The translations under genes were made by a program, and so were the position numbers. This document shows positions 24,492-39,343 of a stretch of 64,000 nucleotides of DNA, one piece after another (the first letter of the stretch is position 1; every line of letters starts with the position of its first letter). Source of the DNA: Vermamoeba vermiformis. Taxonomy: Eukaryota. The notes below the pieces were generated by a model. That model was given only the letters and a program-made list of their open reading frames with translations. It was not told the origin of the DNA and did not search any database. The stretch lies in the NCBI GenBank assembly GCA_045837725.1, contig JBEWZL010000232.1:1-64000 (forward strand). Direction: 5' to 3'.

Positions 24492-27400
24492 TTAGAATAT
24501 CGTGTTCGCAGTCATGATCAGTGCTCGCACACGCGGGAATCTAGCCTTAATCTCCAAGACGAGCTTCGTAGTTACTTTGCTGCCGTTCTTCACGTACAAC
24601 TCTTCCAATTCGTTGCAGCTTTCGAGCAAATTCAACAGACCTTCGTCGCTCACATCACAGTCAGCCACGAACAGCTGTGACAGTTTCTTGCAGTACTTGC
24701 TCAAGAAGGTCAATGAGCGGTCAGTAACTTCGTCACAGCCTTGAATAGACAATAGTCGTAGTGTCTGCTTCGATTCTGATTGAGCCAAGTAGTTCACTCC
24801 GAGATCTGAGATCTTGCATCCGTCCAAGTGCAGTCGGACCAAGTTCTTCAGCTTAGCAATATGTTGCAGGCCTCCATCAGTAACCTTCGTGCACTACATA
24901 ACAGCGTTAATAATTTGTGACAGAGAGAACCGTGTCAAACAACTTACTTCTTTGATCTGGAGTTCTTCGAGCATAGGGCAAGCCTTGACAATAGCAGCAA
25001 GACTTTCATTCGTCAAATTGCCAGAGTTGAAGTGCAGCACTTTGATGCGACAGAAGTCGTCGGGAGAACTGTTCTTATACAACAGCTCTTTGGCCTTGCT
25101 CACTACAATGTTGAAGAAGTCCTTCGCATTGGCTCCGATCAGCAGACAACCGTCCAAATACAACTACATAAGGACGTTAGAATACGATGCCATACGTATA
25201 TATTAAAAAAAGCGTACCTTCTCTAACGCGGGACAGTTGGCCAGAATGTGCTGCAAGCCTCCCTCGAGGCTCAAACATTGCGACAGATCCAAACTTTGCA
25301 AGACTGCAGAGTGCTTAGCGATCTCGTTGAGCGATACACTAGTCAATTTGAACAAGCCAGAGAGCGATAGAACTACAAAAGAATGTTTTAGAAGGCAAGT
25401 CCTAATGATAAATTAAACAGATGGGTCTAACCTTTGAGTCTGGAGCAGTTGCGCGTGATGACAACGATGGACTGGTCAGTAATTTGTGTGCAACCACTTA
25501 GGTCCAATTCCAGCAAAGACAAAGGTAGCTTCTTTGCTAGTGCCTTGAGGCCCATATCAGTGATCATCTCGCAATTACGTAACTTGAGAATTCGCATGCT
25601 GGAACAGCGATCCGCAATCATTTTGACAGTCGTATTCTACGCGATGAGGTTAGTCTTAACTACAAGAAACTAATATTATACTACGTACTGTGACACCAGG
25701 AATAAAGGACAGATCCAAGTGCGTCAACATGTGACAGGACTTGATGACCATCTGCAGGCACTCGTCACTGACATTTCGACACTTGCGCAAGTAAAGCTCT
25801 TGCAAGGCTGTTTGCTGCGGTAAGCTCAACAAGCTCGTCGATGTCAACTGGTAACACTCCGTAAGATCCAAAACACTGCGGAAGAATTAGAGGAGTCTTT
25901 AAAACTTGCGAAATTTCACGTGTTTCATATTCGGTGTCTTACCGTAATTTTAGGCACGAACGAAGCACGGCGACTAAGGCCTCGTCCATTGTTCTATTTA
26001 CATATGAAAGGTAGAGCTTTTCGATTTGCGAAAACACAGCCAAACATCCTACTGCGTCGGATGTGATCAGCGCGCACATCGAAAGATCCAGGTACGTCAG
26101 TCCCTCAGGGAAGTAATAGAACTCCGATGTTAGAGGCATTTCTCGGTGTTGATGATCGATGTATTTCACCAACGAGGAGTTCAATTGCTTTTCTTTGGAG
26201 AAGGACTAGGGAATTGAAACGCCAAGATTAGCATTACCATTTAAGGAAACATGACATCGCGAGACTTACCAAACGCTGCTGGCTCGTGACTCGGCTTTGT
26301 TGCCTTTTTAGCTTCTTGAGTTCAGCTGGCAACGGCGATGAGTCGCCATTCAGATCCCACTGCTGATTGTTTGGATTCGTAGCGACTCGCGCGATAGAGT
26401 CATCTATTTCTTCTACGGGCTCCAATTTCATCGGACTCCTATTTATAGAAGGTTAAATTCCTATTACTAAAAAAGGCGAAAAAATGTGGATTCGAAAGCC
26501 AAAATTTGTTCTTACTCGGTTTTTCGGGAGTTAATTCCCATTCTCGGCTTTTTTCCTTTTCTTAACACCGGACCCATAGTAATTGATCGGCAACCCACGC
26601 AGGATAAGTACTCCAGCTTATGGCAGTGTTTGGCAATGTGCGTCATAGTTTTGTCGGTAATTCTGCACTCATCCAGGACTAAGTAGGTCAAGTTCGGGCA
26701 AAACGCCAACAACTCGATCAACTTGTCCTCGTTGAACACTTCAGGCGAGAGGCCCTTGAAGTTGAGCCTTGTCACTTGCTCGAGCTTGAGCTTGAAATCA
26801 TTCTGCATGTCTGGGAAGTACGAGCTGAACTCGAGCAGCGCCAGTAGCTCGTGACAAACTTTGACCATTCGACTACAAGACAGATGTTAGTATAACAGTG
26901 TTATTAAGGGACCTTGGTTCGTACCTTCGTTTCGCATTAGGCTTTGTCAGCGTGTTGATGTCGCTGATGTAGCTATCAAAAATTCTTCTATAAACATTGG
27001 ACAGGTTGTCTTTGTACACGGCAAAAGTGGTGCCTAATCGACGAGCAGCCTTGGCACTGTAAGTCTGAGCATTCTCCACGAAGTACTGTTTCTTCATCGA
27101 GTCGACGTAGAAGCGGAACATCAATCCTCCGTAATGCATGTTGACTTCAGGGTGCTGTTTGTTCAGCTTGCGAAGGGCACTGTAGATCGTCGATGCCATC
27201 TCAAACGACTCTCGTTTGGCTTTGAAGTCGCTGGCTTGATTGTACATCTCCTCGATGGCACGAGCCTTGTTCAACAAGGTGTCGAACAAATTGACGTCTA
27301 GTTGCAAGGCCTGCACAAACTTTGCCTTCGACAGCTTCAAAATTTCGTTGGCAAAGTGGTGAGGCTTCAGCTTGACCTTGTCAAACAAGAACTCGGCATA

Positions 27401-30400
27401 GTCGACTAACATTTCCACTAAGTTTGTTCGGGCCTCCGGGAAATTGCTGTTGATCTTGAGTGCACGCGCAAACTTTTCTTCAGAGCTAATGAAAAGTTCT
27501 TCTGCCTTGGTCGCATCCGTTACCATTGACTCGCTGGACACGGGCTTGATCTTAGGCTTGTACCGGATCTCTGCACTTCTGTTGCTCAGCATGCCAGCCG
27601 TCGAGAAGTGGTCACGATCTAACATGCTGCCCTTGGACGAGGTGACTTCCAAAGAGGCCGCGAGGGGTTGCAAGGTCACGGGTACCTTTGGCATGCCAGG
27701 GATTTCGAGGGACTTAAAGCGTGGCCGCTGATCTCCAGGCGACAAACTCCTCGTTGAAATCTCACTTCGTAGCACAGGGAATCGAGCAGAAGCACTTCGG
27801 CTGTTGGGACTGATCAGGAAATTGACGTGACTGTGGTTTTCCGCTGGTGAGCTCGTCATGGGTGTGGCGGGACTACTCGACCTGCTCTTCGGTGCTTTAA
27901 TCATCTTGTTATTGTTGTTGCTAATTTGCGCGTCGAGTGAGATGTTCAAGCGTGATTTCATCGGTGACATGTACGACTCGACTGAAGTCAGCTCAGACCT
28001 GTAAACGTCTGAGTCGGCATCGTTGGACAGATCCGCTGACACATTGACAGGGACCAATCCCTCGATGATCGTGGCACCATAGGACTTGCCGTCTTGTGTG
28101 ACTGAATGCTGACTGCTGTCATCAGAGAGATAATCTCGTTCGTCTTCTTCCACAATTTCCTCTTCTGACAGTTCAGAGTCAAAGTCAGATGACCTCGTCA
28201 GCGATAATGAACTCGATGAAATGTCTGCTATTCGTTGTCGCTGATACGCAAGTCCGGGCCTCCAAGCGCGCACTGCCATCACGTGTAACATTCTGCCCCA
28301 GTGAAATAATGTCATGGCACTGTTTGGTGCTCGTGCCAAGGCTTGACTGAACTTCGTGTCGGCCAATGCGAATAACCTAACCATTGTTAATCACGTGCTT
28401 ATTGAACGAATGATGACATACCGTGAAGATTCCCGACCAAGATTTCTACTTGCTTCGTAGTATAATACAACGGCACTGGAGTGCTCGATAAGATTCATAT
28501 ATTTTACAGTTGCTTCGATAGCAAGGACGTCCGGGTCGACGAATCTGAAGGAGTTGGGCTCGCGTCGGAATTCCTCCATCGCTGATTGAGAGAATTGAAT
28601 GCCTGTCAGCGCAGACAAATTTTCGAATATTTGTACAACGTCCACGCATTTTCTATTAGTTCTAATTAGCACGAGGATAATATTAACTATTTGACACGTA
28701 CCTCAAATCAAACAACTCGTTTTCTTCCTCTGGCGATAGACACTCGACAAATTTCTCTTTCAAGTACCGCTTGACAGTGACTGTCCACCACTCGCCCTCG
28801 TAGTCAAGTACTTTGTTTAAGAACGCTAAAATCACCTTTCGATAGGGCTCTTCTGACGGAACTTTGATCTTTCGAAGTTTGTCCCTATAACAGATCATGA
28901 GCACAACTATTATAATATTAACGACTAGGTGGATCAATGTACCTTAACCTGGCGTTGAGCTTATTCTTCAAGACACGGGTGATGCAAATCATTAAGATCA
29001 TTTGACGCACTTCAGGATTGGACACTGAAGCACGAACAAAACCCAAGTGTCGAATGTTAATGCCTTCACGGTGACACTCTTCGATCAAGCGAATGTTCTC
29101 CATTTCGTTGTACGACAGTTTACTCAGTCGTTCAGCGAACTTTGGAATGACTTCGAAATAAAGCCGCAGCGTTGCCTCTTTGACCTACACGTGACTGTTA
29201 AAGTGTGATCGAAAAGGGGGTCGCGTGAATGGTACGTACTTCGTTATTGTGTATTTTACAGTTTTCAGGGTCGTGAGTACCCCAGCCAGTAAGTGCATCG
29301 CTGGACAACGGCTTTGGATTCGATTTGACGAGTTCAGGCCGTAGCAGCTCGTACAAATGACGTGGCTTGCGATCTCGCCTCATTTTGAGTTGAGGCGGGA
29401 ACACTCTGTGAGAAATAATTAGTGCCTGAATGCCTAATAAGGCAAGTGTGACACGTACCGAGCAAAATCGACCAAGTAAAATCGCTTGTCTTTGCCGAAA
29501 TGTCCTTCAATATCACCAGCTGCGTGCAATATCGCCTTCGAGTTCATGCCGACCAAGTGCGCTTTCAAGTTCAATATTCCAGCTGCTTGTTCCATCAGCC
29601 CGTTGAACTTGCTGTTGGTCGCGCGCACGTGCTGGCCACCGTCGGACGAGCCATAAATGAGCGTTGTCTTATCGATCGGAAGTAACGACAGGGCCACGAG
29701 TCGAAAACCACGATAGTTGATAAGAGCCATTAAAGGCAAGGACCTGTTCGTGGATTGGCCGTTAGTCATATCAGCGTATCGAGCGGAATTATTCGTTGCA
29801 TAAAGCGGAGGTGCAATGCCACCGGGAGTAAAGATTTGACCAAATATGGTAATGTTCAATGTTTGGATACATTTAAAGTATGAGTCATGAATATTTTGAA
29901 ACATCCATATAAAACATTATAGCGATGCATTGATGGTTAAATTAAGCAATTTCGAAATTGCTAAGGCGCGATAATATGTTTCGAAACTTTGAAATGTAAA
30001 ATTGCACGTGAACGCGTAAGACCAACTAAAAATAGGTAATATTTAAAATTAGCTGCAATTTGTTATTTTTAGCGCCTCGAATTCGTAATTATGAAATTGG
30101 AGTCTCCCAATATTATGACTTTAGTGATAATTTCCGATTCGAATACTACTTACAGACCGGGGATCTGACAATTATAATAACTCATCAAACCCAGAAGCTC
30201 GTGTCCTGCAGCCTAAAATAACATCAATTATTAGAAATGCAACAAATAAGCGTAGTATAAGCGCTAATAAGGCTTTAAGTGACGAAACGATTTTAATTTA
30301 GCCGGTAGCGCATCCAGCGTAATCTCTTTAACGAAATTTCGAAATCAGCATCTGATTCTTTGATTCATATATTATATGCTGATTTAATTACGTAGAACGG

Positions 30401-31325
30401 CGTTAGTTCTCGAGTTAACTAACGCATGCATATCGAGCGGAATAATTTTCAAAATACAACGGATCGGAAGAAATGGTGTTGCCTTAAGCTTACCTTCATA
30501 GCAGCTTCATCGTTATTGCCATAAATGCCTTCGGTATCCAAAGCGAACTAAATAAAATTTGAATTTGTGAGTAAAAAGTCGCTTGGTAAATCCGGTCCAA
30601 ACGGGAAGAGGGAGTTTTTTTAAAATTTGTTTGATGGGCTTACCTTGAATAAAATATTCAATACTATGTATTTATCGCCTCCTGCACGTCCTCCGACTGT
30701 GACAGGTTTGATAGTTTTCTGAGCAATGGGCAATCCGAGCTCTCCAATTATGATTTTGCCCTGTAAATTAATGAATTAATATTTATTATATCGACGTTAA
30801 TATAAAGTTAGCCTATTAAAGAAAAATTAGAATTTCAATCTCGGTCTCAACTTTTTAAAATATTATTAAAAAATCGCAATATGAGCTTACATAAACTTGT
30901 GCAGCATAGCAAAAATCTCTCGCTAATTCTGCTAGTTTTTTATATCGTTCTGTCAGGTGCTTTTCAGAGGTAGTTTGCTGCTCCAATAAAACCTGAAACT
31001 CCGCATTCCAATCCTTTCCTGCTTGAATAGGTATTGGCATTGGCTTGCTAACACCATTCTCTAAATTATATTCTTCGTCTTCATTAGAATCGTGATCGTC
31101 AATTTCTTCATCACTATCTTCATAAGCCGATTCGTAAGTTTTGTACAGATGGCTCAATTTTGGGTCTGAATGAAGGAATCGTTCCTTTTTGCTTGTATCT
31201 CCATCTGTTATATGCTCTTTATATCTATAACTGTAGCTTTCTGCTGACGGAAAATGATGATTTGTCTCGCTTTCTGAGCTCGATGCGAGCGAGATGAAAC
31301 GTGATAAATCTCTCCTATCGTTCAT
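24492..31325 (-). CDS. Clu-domain protein with TPR-like region and C-terminal AMN1/FBXL-type LRRs
   Basis: DWNAEFQ, AGGDKY, AAGHEL, PLMALINYRGFRL, DIEGH.GKD.RFYLVDFAR, LRPELV..PLSSDA and HREGINIRHLG (Clu-like); many LDLSGCTQITD-type repeats. Confidence 0.85.
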
Positions 31326-31945
31326 TTGCTACAATGGTCCCATTTACATATTATTATCATTACTATTTACAAACATATAACGTTGCGCTGTGTTAATCGT
31401 TTGGTTTTAGGGCACAAAACAAAAAAAACGAATTGCGCCTTGAAAAGGGTAAAAAAATTGAGCGACAAATTTAGACGCGTGCGACGGAAAAAAGTTTTAT
31501 AATTTTCGCCTTATTTGGCTATATTACAGCTGTTCGTGTCATTCGGATCGAGTCAACCTCAAGCTCAACCATAGCATTTTTGAACCGGACGTTGATTAAA
31601 TTTTAAATCCGTCACTTTTGGCGTAATGAAGAACACGCTGTTAATGGTAGGACATCTTGGTTAACTACCAAAATTGCCTGTCCACGAGGCTAACCTACAA
31701 AAATTCAATTTGACTGAAATGAAATCCAGATTTGTTTACCTTGGTTCGTGGCTTCTTGAATTGTGCTGCATCCCTAAATATTCCAAAATAAACCATTCCC
31801 ACAAACATGGATTTTGGGAGTCTTTCTTGAGTTTGCGAAAGTTTTTGGAGCTTCATCCCAGTGCCATTTTTGTCAATCTGAGTGGTACCGAAGACAACGA
31901 GAGGACGCGAACACAAATCCCTCTCAACGTAAAGTGGCCACTATA

Positions 31946-34900
31946 ATGTCTTCTTCATCAGAGGAGGACAGCTTCAGCTTGAGCTACACGAAGAAGAAGC
32001 GAAAGAGATCCGTAATCCGCGTAAAACGGGAGAAAGACGCCTTGAATAGTTCCTCGAATCAATATAAAGCGTGCGATGAATGCAAGCGTATAAAAAAGAA
32101 GTGTAAGCCATTTAAACCTGCTCATTATATAATAACCGAGTTTTTAAAAAAAATAATTATTTATTTTTTTAATCCGATATTACGAAATAGGCGAAGGCGG
32201 CGTGCCCTGTACACGATGTGTGGCTATGAACCTTAATTGCAAATTCAATCAGCGTCCAAGCAAGTCATATACTGGTAAGCGATCGAACTCACCAGCCAAA
32301 TTTGTCGATATTTTGTTGTGTGCTTATTTCGCATCCAATATAGTATTATTTCGATTTAAAATTGCATGGAAATTGATTTGTAATTGTTCAGAGGAGTTAC
32401 AGAAGCGGATAAAAGAACTGGAAGATCAGCTTAAAGAGAAAGAATTGGAGAAGCCTAACGAAACGAGTATTATCGAGCAGAAATATAAGGAGGTAAGTCT
32501 TAATAGTTAGATTTTCCACTGGATTGTGTTTCGGTTATTCGCCGCCGCTTATATCCAAAAGAGCCTGATCCATCAACTGACAATAGCGTTTCGTTACCTA
32601 CCATGTTTTCACGACTAATAGCCTGTTTAATAGATGAATGCAAAAGTGATTGCACGAGCAGCCAGATTGTGTAAATTGAGCTCGATCTCGGACATTCTTT
32701 CCGTCTTTACGGATGCGATCGGACCAAACTTGCATATCCAAATACCGTACAAAGAGATCAGCAATTTCTTGACCGATGATAGTAAGTTGATTTAGTATAT
32801 TCCGTGTCAATATCATATCATATACCTTGTTTTTAATCGAGTGCAAATTAATTGCGGTAATGTGAACTACTAATTACAAATTACAAATTATATTAAAATC
32901 TTTGCTATATGGGCACTCGGAATACGAAACGAGACGTACATATGCATATTAGGATCCATATACTAGCTCTATAGTAATAATAGTCGAATTAAATATATTC
33001 GAAGTTCATGTAACGGCATTTGAGTAACATGTGACAAATTGATCCACACTCCAATTTTTTATTTTTAATCGAACTCACTCGTTCACATCGTGTATTAATT
33101 GCCATTAAAAACAACAACAACTTATATAAATCAAATGGCGCAATCTAATCTGTTTTTCCGCTGCAGATCAAGCCCGCGTAGCATTGATGAATATGATTCT
33201 AGCTGCAGGAAGTGAATTGATGGGTGATTCACCTAGAGCATTGCTGTTCGAGAACGAAGCGTTGTAAGTGGTAGTAATATAACCATTAGAATCGTGTTCT
33301 AATGATTACTCCAAAATTATTAGATCGAAATCCAGCCACTTCGATGACAAGTCTTATTTTCATCTGGCGATTCTTATTATGGCGGCGTATAATGCAGTGC
33401 ATCATGCGGAGATGAAAGACGCAGATAATTATGCAAACCAAGCTATAAACATTGGAAAACAGTTGTTGTCAAAAGATAATACGGATCCCGCTGTACGGAT
33501 GTTGCTTTGGAAAGCGCTCGAAATGAAGATCAGTTGGTCCTCTTTGTAAGTATAGATATTCCCGATAATATGGAAATTCGATTCTTTACAAGATTCATGC
33601 TCTTAATCGAGCGATCCGCATTTCTTTATCTAGATAAGGAAACTCGCTCATATCGCGAGCTAACGATACCCGGAATCACTCCGATGATTTGATCTAAAAT
33701 AATGCGGATGTACTTATGAAATTGACAGAGATGCAATGATGCCGTATTTGCCCGCTTACATGGAGCTCTCGATGACATCCGACTTGCCGCCCTTCGATCA
33801 ATACCGCGCCATAATGACTGAGGTGCGTAGTGACGCGACACATATCTACCAGCACGCGTATACAATATTGGAACGCAATAATTTGTTATTGACATTCGAG
33901 ATTGGCATCTCGGCAGTCACGAAACAGATCACAAAAAGATTTTTTTCGTTTCTTTCTATTAGTTAAATTAAACTATATTTATTTTCCTCTTTTAGGTCGG
34001 AATGACGGCGCAAGACTCATTGAAAAAGAGGAAAGTTTTTCCGTATAAATTACACGCACCAAAATTAGACATGGTCGAACAAGGACTCGAAAGCCTCCCA
34101 CCACTACTCCGCTCGGAGATTTTGATACGATGTTTACTGACACGTGCGTGGTGTTACTTTGCAGCGCACATGTACACCGAGGCTGAGCGCTGTGTGGATC
34201 ACGGCATCGAGCTCTGCTTTCAAATGCGCAATCGTGTTCGGTGGTCTATTTACACACTAGCCGCCATGTTCACTTCGCACCAGATATATCTTTGCAATCA
34301 CGCTGATCAGAAGGCCGCTGCTGTAAGTCAAAGTGTGCTGATCCGGATGTGACAATTTTGCTCCGAAGCACAAATTCTTTTAGACTATTCTCACCTTGAC
34401 ACTCGATCATTACACGTATGTTGTAATAATCAAGCTAGTCGTATAATGCTATAATAAGGTCCTAATAGTTCGTCATACAGATGTTAGAGATGTTCAAAGA
34501 AGCGAGTCAAAATTCTGGATGGGCTCGACTGTGTTTGCAGAATATCTCGGCGTACATGTCTGGATATCCTATGGCACCGTTCTTCGATAAAATTATCATT
34601 GCGGATATTATGACCGGTAAGCTAAAGGAAATTTCCTTGGTCAAAGTCACTTGCTAACGAATGCCGTTTAGATTTTGGCATTGCTGTTCCCGTTCAAACA
34701 AACACAGATTACTACAGCTCTAGTAGTAGTCCTGACTCGAGTAGTGGCAATAACAGTAGTATTAACAACTCAATCCCTGAGCAACTGAATCAGTACGTGC
34801 CAGATCCAACGCCGGCGCAACCACAATACGTCCAACAACACTATAATAGCAATAGTATTCAGCCACCATCGATCTACAACCAAAATTTCAATACGAATTA

Positions 34901-35045
34901 CCAAATGAATGCGAACAATAACAACAATACAAATGATCAGCATAATGTCGTGTACATAACGCATCCGCAGCCAGCGTACCCGCCATACAATCACCATAAT
35001 CAGCATCATGTGAATAATCCTAATCACGGCTCACATTATTCGTGA
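31946..35045 (+). CDS. Zn(II)2Cys6 transcription factor
   Basis: Spliced ACDECKRIKKK|CEGGVPCTRCVAMNLNC, followed by a coiled coil; N/Q/H-rich C-terminal tail. Confidence 0.85.
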
Positions 35046-35228
35046 AACGAGGAGTTGACGAATAATTGTAATTGTAAATAAGAATTGTATAAATGTCATC
35101 GTGTCTTTGATCGAACAAACTGTTCTTCCATATCATTTACAATTTCGTTGCTAATCAAAAGTTTGGATTGACGAATTAGGTAATTTTATTTTATTTTATT
35201 TACAAGTGTAACAAACGCTTTTTTGTTA

Positions 35229-35672
35229 CTAAGAGTTGTTCCAAGCCATTAAGAAGAAGGCAGCTGTCGAGGCCAGAACGCGGAACCAATGGAGTTTTCC
35301 CCAAGTGGCAAGAAGTTGCGGAAAAGGCTTGGATGCGCCTGATCCCGGACTCGCGTCGATGAATTGTTTGTTGATAGGCAGCATTAGCCTTAAAGTAAAA
35401 GGTATAATTGCTGCCATTAATAATCCGGCTGTCAAGGCCCACCAATCTTGTCTTAGAAAAAAGCTGCCGATCAGTGCCGCTGAAGAGATCGTAGTGAGCG
35501 ATGCTTGCATTCGCGCTGCTCTTAAATAAAATGCCTTGAATATTGTCAGTAATTCCTCGTTGGTAAGGCCTGCCCAAGAAGGCATTTGAACAAAGGCGAT
35601 GTACAAAGCAGCTCCGGCAAAGAGGCCACTACCAACTTGACCAATCGCGTGCAATGTTGATACAAGATCCAT
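35229..35672 (-). CDS. DUF1772/anthrone-oxygenase-like membrane protein, intronless, 147 aa
   Basis: GLFAGAALYIAFVQMP, F..FY.RAA.MQ, IPFT...MLPIN and W..LHW.R motifs; ATG at 35672. Confidence 0.8.
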   Translation of the reverse strand: MDLVSTLHAIGQVGSGLFAGAALYIAFVQMPSWAGLTNEELLTIFKAFYLRAARMQASLTTISSAALIGSFFLRQDWWALTAGLLMAAIIPFTLRLMLPINKQFIDASPGSGASKPFPQLLATWGKLHWFRVLASTAAFFLMAWNNS

Positions 35673-36374
35673 TCTATAATCCAAATGGGCTTTTTTGGAC
35701 TTAAATGCTTTGTCTCGGCGTTTTTTGAAGGAATTGGATCTTCCGTTTTTCGCCGACGTCAAATTTCTCGTGCTCAATTCATCGAGTAAATATGAGAAAT
35801 GACATTCATCTTCATTGGCCCTCAATAACCACAACTTAGACAAGTTTGTTTTAATGCTGAAATCTGGATGTCGCTCGATGATAACGGGATCTGTTCCCAA
35901 ATCCAGGTCGCTAACTGTTTGTTCACTGATTTAACGTTTCTTTAACGTGCATAATTACTAATATGCAACAGGGTACGTAGTTATTTCCAATTAGCAGTAA
36001 ATAATGTCCATGTAAGTACCTCTTCCGATCCCTTCTGCTAGAAGAGCTGTAAAAGTATAGATCTAGAATTATTTATTAACAAAATTTTAACGCTCTTTCG
36101 GTCATTTACTATCTTTCAGTAAAAATCAGCTTACTATTAACTGCGTAACAGATCTGGGTTCGCTACGACAGGTTTTCGCGGGCGCAGTCTTTGTTTAATA
36201 CCCTACGATAATTAAAGTTATATAATATGATTCTTTATAATATAAAACCAAGATAGATCAAAATCTAAAGCTTTAAATAAAAGTATTATGAAACAAAATT
36301 GAGAGGAGCAGATCTGCTTTATGCAACAGCCTCTCTCCTAATCAAATAAATATAACGTGCTCGTACTATTATTA

Positions 36375-37523
36375 TTACTGCATTTTCTTTGCGCGTACAT
36401 TTTTCGTCGTGACCGCGTTCAATTTTCCATTGGCAATTTCGTCGGATTTGCCTTTACGTTCAGATGCAGCTTCGTCTTTGTCGTTGCCAGAAAGCATTCT
36501 ATAGCCCTTGAGGATGATCTTATAGAACCAATAAGTATTCAAGACACTGCTCACGCAGCACATGAACACGTAGGCCACCATCGAAATCTGACGCCAAAGA
36601 GTAAACTCGCCGAATCTCTCGTAGGCCATAATAATCAAGTCGTATAAGCAGTAGTTGCCAAAGACTAGTCGCGCAAGTAAGAAGGTCAAGGCGAACAAAG
36701 AAAAGTTGACGGTTTGGATTTGACCCAAGGCCGAACTCTTCGCGTGGATCGGGTACTTCTTCAGCTTGTTTGCAATATCGCCTAAGTTGAGGAATATAGT
36801 GCTTACTTCAAATAATAAGAAGCAAACGGCTAAGCGCTGGAACATGGGGCTTGGCAGCTGAAAACTGGATTAGGATCCGGAGATTCATTTGTACGAAATG
36901 AAGAGTTGAAAGAAACTTACCGATACGCTAACATATACAAATGTACAATAAATGCCATGAATTAAGAAGGAAGGTCCAAAAAACTTGAGATTCAGAGCGC
37001 AGGTGACCAAATCCCAAACAAAATAGCCAGCAGAAAAGCAGCAAAGTAATCTTGATACGGGTGTGTGATAACTAACTTGATCCTATTTACGGACAAAATC
37101 ATTAATTAAAGCTAAACGTTTACAAGGTCACAATGTCTGCGATCGTACCTGATTCCACATATCTTCTACTATTAAACAATAAAATGCTACAGGTACTACT
37201 ACAAAACTATGTACAATAGATACGGTCCTAAAATGTGACTTTAGTTAGCATTTATCGAATTTCAGATCAAGCTACTTTTCGGAGGCGGATCAAATAAATT
37301 GGTAAAAATAGAAAAACTAAAATTTATGTAATTATGATAATATCATGCATTACCTATTATTCCAATCGACTCTTTCGCGTGGAGTAAAATATTCTCGATA
37401 CGTTCTTGACTTCAAATTGCTAATCCACTTCGAGCCATTGTAGAACAGCGTGAAGAAGATTGCGCTTGCTATAATTTGTGGTATGACGGCCTCTTCAGGC
37501 GTGTGGTTGTATAAGTATTCCAT
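36375..37523 (-). CDS. TLC-domain membrane protein (TMEM56/TLCD4-like)
   Basis: WN.RTVSIVHS, SAGYFVWDL, FLIHG, LLFEVSTIFLN, TFLLARL and LNTYWFYKI motifs across 4 exons. Confidence 0.85.
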
Positions 37524-37824
37524 TTCAGAATGTTGTGTATTACGGATCGGGACTTAGGGACAAAAAGAAAAACCAAAAAGTTTTGAATCAGGCCAGGGTG
37601 GTTTCAGCAATTAGACCAAATTTGACCAATTTATTTAACACGTGGCGGCCAATATCAACGACGCAGCACATTGACGGGCCGCACTACGATTGGATCTCCT
37701 GATCCGAACACAAATCCACCTTTGATTCGATGTCGCGACTTAAAATAGATCACGACAGTCAGTACATAATATGAATTACGTTTAATCATTATTTTACATA
37801 TATACATTGCGTAGATCAAGTTTC

Positions 37825-39343
37825 TTAATAATTCCTGAGATTCCTCAACCGAGCTGCTCGTTGTGCTGGAGTCTCTCCAGGAAACTGATCGTAATTATTA
37901 TTATTACCGACATTATTATAATTATTATTCGGCACTGGAGCAGGAGGCTGATAGAAATTGTTATGGTGAACTTGCGGAGCATTTCCGAAGAAAAATCCAT
38001 TATTGTTATTGTTGTTATTATTCAATGGGCCTTGATACGCAACAAATCTTTGCGGATTTGGTGCGGGCACGTGATCTCCGCCCATTAGGATGTCTTCGAT
38101 GACGCGAGTAGGGATCTCGACCAAAGGCTTGAGCGGACCTTTGACGTACAGTAATCCGGCTCCAATGCCGCACAAATGACCCAAAAATGACACGTGTGGA
38201 TTAATCTATATTAAAAACGAGTCTTAGAATCTCTTTTAAATTGACAGAATCTCAAAGCCGAGAATGGCAATTTCGTCTAAACCCGTTCAAAAATTTAAAC
38301 TGTGCTAAACTAAGCATAAATAAATATATTGTGTCGCTTATTATAGCAATTAAATGAGTTTGTAACGGAAAGTACGAACCATTTGAATAAAGAGAAGCTC
38401 GGCCCAATAAACGTACTTGGACGGCACGGGAATGCCCATAACACTAGCACAAAGGCGTTATTAGTACATACGTGCTATATGAACGACATTATACATACAA
38501 TTGAGGTCCTGTAGTGTACGCCGTCATCAAAACTTTGAACGAAAACAGTACGCCTGAGAAGCCCAAAGCACACGCGTTCATATTACTACAAATTAAGTAT
38601 TAGGACTAAAAGATGGTACTTCGTACTATCACCGATGCCCACTACTTACCTGTAGTTGCCAAAGTACTGTGCCATAACATAGCTCGCTACTAAAAATAGC
38701 AAGTTTGTAACGACCGCAAACTCAACAGTCATCACTAAAAATCGAATGGTTCCAATTCTTTTTTCTAAATATCTTCCTTTCTAATAGTAACAATATTAAT
38801 ACATACATTTGATAGCAATCTCGGTAAACTTACGTAAAGCCAGCTCGTCATATTATAGTACAAATGTAGATCGTCGTTATGATACACAGCAGCAGTCAGT
38901 AATCGATACCCTTCGTGCAAATATTAATAAATATTATTTTTTGAAAGGAGAGGTACTTACACTCGCGACCGCTAAACAGTAGGCTCGGGATCAAACAAAC
39001 TTGGTAGACATCAGGAGAAATAAAGCCAATAAAATCAAAGTGCAGTACTGAGCACAATATAAGTACTCCTAAAGTGATTGGTGGAATGTTGTTGACGCCG
39101 ATCTCAAGCACTGGAAAATTAAAAATTAGTCAATGATAATTACACGTCACCACAAAATAAAAACAAATTGCGAAACCATTTGCTAATATTCTGTAATTTT
39201 TATAAGAAACTTATCATAAAGGCAAAATAAAGACAACCGGTCGTGTCAATTACTCGTTGATCTGTTTGCCTTGGTTGCTTACCTCGCATTACGAGAAACA
39301 TGAGAGCAAAGTTGTCTCGACGTCCAGCTTGTCGTCTATTCAT
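37825..39343 (-). CDS. Rhomboid protease, RHBDD1/RHBDL4-like
   Basis: IPPITL, H.DDLHLYYNM, catalytic ALGFSGVLF, WAEL, SFLGHLCGI. Confidence 0.88.

Noticed and set aside
29743-29904. 5' part of ORF 29434-29904 as an inserted domain
   Set aside because: It is read-through into a ~410-nt intron; the spliced Clu sequence (QIPGL|SLPLMAL) is continuous without it.
35673-35900. N-terminal extension of the 223-aa ORF
   Set aside because: It begins at a non-ATG codon, and family similarity begins at the ATG at 35672.
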